Of a stretch of 64,000 bases of DNA, positions 58,740 to 64,000 are shown one piece after another. A program made the position numbers and the translations under genes. The notes beneath the pieces were generated by a model. That model worked only from the letters and a program-made list of their open reading frames with translations. It had not been told where the DNA came from and searched no databases. The DNA comes from Methanomicrobia archaeon (GTDB taxonomy: Archaea; Halobacteriota; Bog-38; Methanoflorentales; Methanoflorentaceae): the NCBI GenBank assembly GCA_015660915.1, contig JACTTZ010000010.1, forward strand, positions 7,513 to 71,512. The letters run 5' to 3'. Every line of letters starts with the position of its first letter. Positions within the stretch are counted from its first letter, which is position 1.

Positions 58740-58982
58740 GGCGCTTGGAAACAGCGCTATCCCGATATCCCGGCCAAGCTCGTTATCCACGGCAGGCGGG
58801 CGTTTGAATACGGGAATCTCCTTGAACAGGCACGAAGCCTGAGCGTGGCAGATGACGTGACATTTGCCGGCAGCGTGCCGCAAGACAAGCTCGTCGAAGC
58901 GTACAACGCGCTCGATGTCTTCCTCCTCGCAAGCGACTGTGAAGGTTTCGGGTTCCCCATCTTAGAGGCGCAGAGCCAATAA
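58740..58982 (+). pseudogene. Internal fragment of a GT4 glycosyltransferase
   Basis: ...DVTFAGSVPQDKLVEAYNALDVFLLASDCEGFGFPILEAQ then stop. No start codon; not in the ORF track. Confidence 0.8.
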
Positions 58983-59711
58983 CGTAGCCCATTGGCATTA
59001 GAAGTTGTTCAATAGCGCCCAATTCTTCTTCGGTAAGGCACTCGAATATGATATCTGGCCGTTGTCGGCGAAGTATCTGGATGCCCCTTTTTAACACTTC
59101 TACTTCGGCTCCTTCAACATCTATCTTGATGAGATTACTTTGCACGTTTCTCGTCTCTATAATGGGGTTAAGTGTATCCACTTGAACCACTTGCCCGTGT
59201 AACGTCTGCATTTGCTTAAGCGTAAGCCTGGACTTCACTACGGGGTTTTTAGGATCAGCAAAGAGCGGTAACTTACCCTCTTCGCGCCAAAGCCATAAAT
59301 TGTGTAGGATGACATTGTTCATGCCGTTTAAATGCACATACACTTTCAAGATCTCAAAATTGCTGCGATCAGGTTCAAAAGCGATAACACGGCTGTCGCG
59401 GTCTAGTTTTCTAGCCATTATGACCGTGTCCAATCCAATATTTGCCCCTACGTCAATGAAATCTCCCTTGGCACCGTCATGAAGTATTCTCTCAATGCGT
59501 GCTCAAAGAAGAGTATAATTGAAAGACCTCCTGATGCTTGTCTACAAAAAAGGGTGCCGTTATGGGTTTTAACAAGTACATCTGCGATTAAATAGTTGCG
59601 ATAAATCATAGACTGGTTTTTTAGCAATCTTCTCTCAAAGAACAAGCCAACCGTTCCGATTTCTAAACTCACAAGGATGACAACCTTATCTCGCAACCGT
59701 ACTCCGCTCAT
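58978..59711 (-). pseudogene. FkbM-family methyltransferase, frameshifted (about 59465-59485) and 3'-truncated
   Basis: ...EHALREYF / DFIDVGANIG...VIAFEP...IKIDVEGAEVEVL. The 3' end runs into the GT4 fragment on the opposite strand. Confidence 0.82.
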
Positions 59712-59964
59712 GGTATAGATGAATAAGTTGTTGAAGGATCTGAGAACCTGTTATTCACAACGTGAATTTAGCTCGTGCCTAGGGGTCATTGGGCGCCTTA
59801 TCCCCAAAAATGCTTTGAGCGATGAACACAGCTCTTCCCGTTATTACACCTACAAAATATTTATAGTATTGGTGCACGTTGATATATCATAATAATATTT
59901 ACATATTTTTGCAACGTAGAAAGAAGTTTCAATCCGCCGCAGAAGTTGTGTCGGTAGCACACGC

Positions 59965-61125
59965 ATGAAGATACTTGTGACATCGATCGTCGATCTGACA
60001 GCTTCGCAGCATAACAGACCGCACCAGTTTGTGCGACACTTAGCGCAAAACCACGACGTTACCGTTTTAAGCATAAACGATTGGTGGAAGAGGGCTCACG
60101 CTGGCCCCCGCGCCGACGATGGCGGATCGAACGGTTTTTTGAACGGCGTTGAATACCGATACTTGACCGAGCGGAAAGTAAGCCCGGTCGTGCAAGAAGT
60201 GTTCTTCCGAAAGGCGAGGACTGAGTTTTCACGAGACGGGTTCGACGTTCAGTTGAACTATAACAGCTTAATCTCGGGGTACGAGATATCAAAGCACGTG
60301 AGGACGGTCTTTGACATTGCAGATGATCTCGCTGCGATGATTAGCACCTCACCGCAGATTCCGTTGCCGCTGAGACCCGTCGGACACGCGTTGGGAGTTC
60401 ATTATCTGCACAAACAGATCGCGCAGGCGCACCATGTGACGCTGACGTGCGGGGGATTAAAGCGGTTGTATCGCATTTCCGACGCAAAGTCAGATCTTCT
60501 TCCGAACGGAGTGGACGTGGACTTTTTCACGCGAGCCGCCACAACAAAAGCTGAGATCGGTTTAGACGGATTCGTCGTCGGCTATGTCGGGGCGTTGAGA
60601 GAATGGGTTGATCTCGAGCCGGTGTTTCGGGCTTTGAATAAGCTTGATCAGCGGATCAAGATGCTCGTCGTAGGCAGCGAGGGCCAGTTCCGCGAGACGG
60701 TTGAACTCGCGCAGAGATGCGGCATAGCAGACCGAGTCGTATTCACGGGACAGGTGAGTTACGCCGATGTGCCGCGCTACATAGCGGCAATGGACGTGTG
60801 CGTGATTCCATTCAAATCTGGTCAGATTTCGTGCCACGCGCTTCCGCTCAAGTTGTTCGAGTATATGGCGTGCGGGAAACCCGTCATCTCGTCGGAGCTT
60901 GATGAAGTCAAAGCGGTCGCCGGCGACGTCGTTCGGTATTGTTCGAGCGTCGATGATTACGTGCAGACCATAACGGCTCTTTATGAGGATGAAGCGCTAA
61001 AGCGGCGACTCGGGGCGGCGGGCAAGAGGCTCGTCGAGGCAGGCTATAGCTGGGACGGTATCTGTCGGAAACTCGAAGCCATATTGACGTGCGCTGCGAA
61101 AGAGCGCCCTAGCACACACACGTAG
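59965..61125 (+). CDS. GT4 glycosyltransferase
   Basis: PNGVD, GYVGALREW, MDVCVIPF, PLKLFEYMACGKPVIS. Confidence 0.9.
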   Translation: MKILVTSIVDLTASQHNRPHQFVRHLAQNHDVTVLSINDWWKRAHAGPRADDGGSNGFLNGVEYRYLTERKVSPVVQEVFFRKARTEFSRDGFDVQLNYNSLISGYEISKHVRTVFDIADDLAAMISTSPQIPLPLRPVGHALGVHYLHKQIAQAHHVTLTCGGLKRLYRISDAKSDLLPNGVDVDFFTRAATTKAEIGLDGFVVGYVGALREWVDLEPVFRALNKLDQRIKMLVVGSEGQFRETVELAQRCGIADRVVFTGQVSYADVPRYIAAMDVCVIPFKSGQISCHALPLKLFEYMACGKPVISSELDEVKAVAGDVVRYCSSVDDYVQTITALYEDEALKRRLGAAGKRLVEAGYSWDGICRKLEAILTCAAKERPSTHT

Positions 61126-61460
61126 CCCGTTCTGGGTTGCGCGATCGAAATGCGTGCTCGTTACGTGAGGCCAGATTAGCGGATTTCAGAAGCATCGGCC
61201 ATTGAGCCACAGTAGTGATAGGTCCTCATTAAGTGGACTAGGGCGTCGTGACGGTGCTGCGCACTAGTGCTGGAAGCGCCAACTCTCGCGACGTTCACTG
61301 GAAGAATCAAAAAAAAGGACCGTGATCAGGCTGGAAGAGGTGCTACTGAGGGTTCGCGACGCATAAACGATAGTGCTCGCTATCAATACTACGAGAAACG
61401 TTCTAAATCGAGCAAGCATATATTTGAGAAGAAGAACATAATCAAGCAATAAGATGTTTT

Positions 61461-62945
61461 ATGAAGGTCTATCTGCTCAATCCCCCTTTTGTCCCTCATT
61501 TTGTCCGGTGTGGACGATGGCAAGGCGCTGCTGCCCGTGGCGCGACTCTCTACTATCCGATCTGGCTATCATATGCGACTGGAGTGTTGAAACAAGAATT
61601 TGGCAAGCGTGTTAGGCTGGTCGATGCTCCGGCGTGGCAATGGGATCGTGAGGACGTCATCAACGACGTTAAGAAATTCAAACCGGACTTAGTCATCGTT
61701 GAAACAAACTTCTCAAGCGTCAAGAATGACACTGATGTGATAGCGGAGCTTAAGAGCGAGTCTGACCCATCAAAAATCGTGCTTGTTGGACCGCCAACGT
61801 CGCAGTTTCCCGATCAAATGCTGCAGAATAGTCAAGTCGACGCTGTCGCCCGATTTGAATACGATTTTGCTGTTAGAGACTACGCGAAGGCGATGGAAGA
61901 AAATACGCCTCTCGGAAATGTTCTTGGACTTTCATACAAAGAGGATGGAAGGATAATGCATAATGCAAACAGGCCATACATCAGTTCTGAAGACCTTGAC
62001 TCCATCCCTTTTGTTTCACGCGTGTATCAAAGACACCTCAGCGTGTGGGATTATCGCCTTGATCACGCGCTTTATCCAATGGTTCAAGTATTCACGGGAA
62101 GGGGGTGCCCCAATTTCTGTACCTTCTGCTCGTGGCCAGTCACGTTGATGGGTCGACAATACCGCGCAAGAAGCGTCACAAACGTTGTCGATGAGTTTGA
62201 GTTTATCGTCAACGCCTTGCCTGACGTCAGAGAGATCTTTATCGAGGATGATACGTTCACGATAAATAGAACACGAATACGGCAATTGTGCAATGAAATA
62301 AAGCGAAGGGATATTCACGTGCCGTGGTCGTGTAATGCACGGGCGAATCTCGACTACGAGTCGATGAAACTAATGAAGGAGGCCGGATGCAGGCTTCTGG
62401 ATGTCGGCTACGAATCAGGAAGCGACGAGATACTGAAGGACATCAAAAAGGGTGTGACGACGGCTGACAGCAGACGGTTCACGAGAGATGCGCGACGAGC
62501 CCGCCTCATGGTTCTGGCAGATGTTATCATCGGCATGCCTGGCGAGACGGCAGAGACAGCAAATCAAACCTTGCGGTTTATTCGAGAGATCAAGCCGAAT
62601 ATAGTGCAATATGCCGTGGCGACGCCGATACCAGGAACCGAGTTTTATGCTTGGGCGAAGGAGAACGGCTATCTGCTCGTTGACGATCTTGCAGAGTCTA
62701 TCGATCAGAACGGGTTCCAAAAGTGCATCGTTTCGTATCCTGAGTTCACTAACAAGGACATCGAGAAATACGTGAACCGTGGTCTGAGGGAATATTACTT
62801 AAACGTCTCGTTTCTGCCTACGGCGATCAGAAACGTGCTTCGAAAACAAGGGCTGCACGAGTTCATTGGGATGCTCAGATCCGCGAAAGTTTTTTTGGAG
62901 TACATCCGTCACGCTGATGAAAAAGGAGAAGAAACCGCAGAGTAG
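61461..62945 (+). CDS. Cobalamin-binding-domain radical SAM protein (HpnJ/BchE-like)
   Basis: N-terminal LLNPP...YYPIWLSYA B12-binding domain; GRGCPNFCTFC; IFIEDDTF; GYESG; IGMPGET; ATPIPGTE. Confidence 0.9.
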   Translation: MKVYLLNPPFVPHFVRCGRWQGAAARGATLYYPIWLSYATGVLKQEFGKRVRLVDAPAWQWDREDVINDVKKFKPDLVIVETNFSSVKNDTDVIAELKSESDPSKIVLVGPPTSQFPDQMLQNSQVDAVARFEYDFAVRDYAKAMEENTPLGNVLGLSYKEDGRIMHNANRPYISSEDLDSIPFVSRVYQRHLSVWDYRLDHALYPMVQVFTGRGCPNFCTFCSWPVTLMGRQYRARSVTNVVDEFEFIVNALPDVREIFIEDDTFTINRTRIRQLCNEIKRRDIHVPWSCNARANLDYESMKLMKEAGCRLLDVGYESGSDEILKDIKKGVTTADSRRFTRDARRARLMVLADVIIGMPGETAETANQTLRFIREIKPNIVQYAVATPIPGTEFYAWAKENGYLLVDDLAESIDQNGFQKCIVSYPEFTNKDIEKYVNRGLREYYLNVSFLPTAIRNVLRKQGLHEFIGMLRSAKVFLEYIRHADEKGEETAE

Positions 62946-63018
62946 CACTAGTAGTGCAAACTTTTGGAGCCGACGCACTGGTTTTTTTAGCCGAGTCGAA
63001 GCTCCGGTAAACCAGCCA

Positions 63019-64000
63019 TGAAAATACTGCAAGTCTTCGAGCGGTTTTATCCTCGGGTAGGCGGAGCAGAAAATCACGTCTATAACATATCGAAAGAGCT
63101 GGGCAAGCTCGGCCACGAGGTGACCGTAGTTACCTCGACCTCAATCGCACCGAATGATGTCCGAGGCCTCTCAAAGAGAGGGTTAAGTCTGCACGTTTCG
63201 CTGCCAGATCTTCCCCCTAACGAGACGACGGAAGAGAACGTTAAGATTTGCAGATTTGAGCCGAAACTCGGCTTTTACACGTTGCTGTTTACGCCCGGCC
63301 TCATCGCTTACCTATATCGCCATCTTCGCGAGTTTGATATTGTCCACGTTCACGGATACCTGCACGCTGAGCCTGCCATTGTAGCAGGCATCGCGACATT
63401 AAAAAAGAAACCTTTCATTCTCACTGCACACGATTTGAAGTCGTCATATGGCGGCATTCTAGGATTAACCAAGAAGATGGCGGATCTCACTGTAGGCAAC
63501 CTTATTCTTAACGCAGCCAGCGTGCTGATCGCGCTAACTCCGATCAACCGGGACGAGTATCTGAGACTGGGGGCGCACCGTGAAAGGATCAGAATAGTTC
63601 CAAATGCTATCAGAACGCAGGATTTTGCAAGTTTGAGGGACTCAGACAGTTCTTCCGAGGGCTTCAAACAAGATAAAATGGTGCTCTTTGTGGGTCGTTT
63701 TGTTGCGTATAAGGGAGCCCAGCACATCATCAAGGCGATTAAAGACATCGCCACCGATTATCCGTTCACGAGGTTCGTATTTGTGGGCCAGGATGACGGG
63801 TACCTGAGCTCGCTCATAGGGCTAGCGCGCAGCCTGGCAGTTTACGAAAAATGCTCATTCTTGACCCTTGTATCTGACACAGAGCTGCGACAACTCTACG
63901 CGAACGCAGACGTCTTCATTTTGCCTTCGACGTGCGAGGCATTTGGGATTACCGCGCTGGAAAGCATGGCCGCAGGAACGCCCGTCGTGTTAGCAAACGC
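63019..64000 (+). CDS. GT4 glycosyltransferase; runs off the right edge
   Basis: Manual translation: MKILQVFERFYPRVGGAENHV...DIVHVHG...FVGRFVAYKG...EAFGITALESMAAGTPVV. Confidence 0.9.

Noticed and set aside
58783-59433. 216-aa ORF as an intact FkbM methyltransferase
   Set aside because: It starts after the DVGANIG SAM-binding motif, and its last ~65 aa are the antisense of a GT4 fragment.
61264-61452. Two overlapping 61-aa ORFs between the GT4 and the radical SAM gene
   Set aside because: Low complexity, no homology cues; likely intergenic or decayed.

Overview
Archaeal chromosomal segment, most consistent with a Halobacteriota/Methanomicrobia-like lineage. Evidence: archaeal non-discriminating AspRS, archaeal-type tRNA-Glu without encoded CCA, DUF1616 and TIGR00300 genes, smc-scpA-scpB and TATA-like promoters. 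There are three zones. (1) About 1-30.5 kb is a surface-glycan/envelope island: Wzx-like flippase, many GT2/GT4, GT-C membrane transferases, a frameshifted UDP-sugar dehydrogenase, gmd and a DUF1616 pair. It also holds a three-gene cytidylyltransferase / FAD glycerol-3-phosphate-dehydrogenase-like / TagF-like module and three secreted beta-propeller proteins, two of which arose by tandem duplication with swapped C-terminal modules. (2) About 31-58 kb is an intact housekeeping block: argB, ornithine-cyclodeaminase-like gene, tRNA-Glu, radical SAM genes, hisD, aspS, smc/scpA/scpB, larB, hisS, hisI and a ThiF-family gene. (3) About 58.7-64 kb is a second glycan locus beginning with a GT4/FkbM deletion scar and containing a cobalamin-dependent radical SAM enzyme. 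The most promising candidate new system is the putative teichoic-acid-like polyol-phosphate pathway at 3283-6574, built from non-canonical enzymes. Several single-base frameshifts and nonsense lesions affect envelope genes but no core genes. All family assignments come from motif recognition by eye; no database searches were run.
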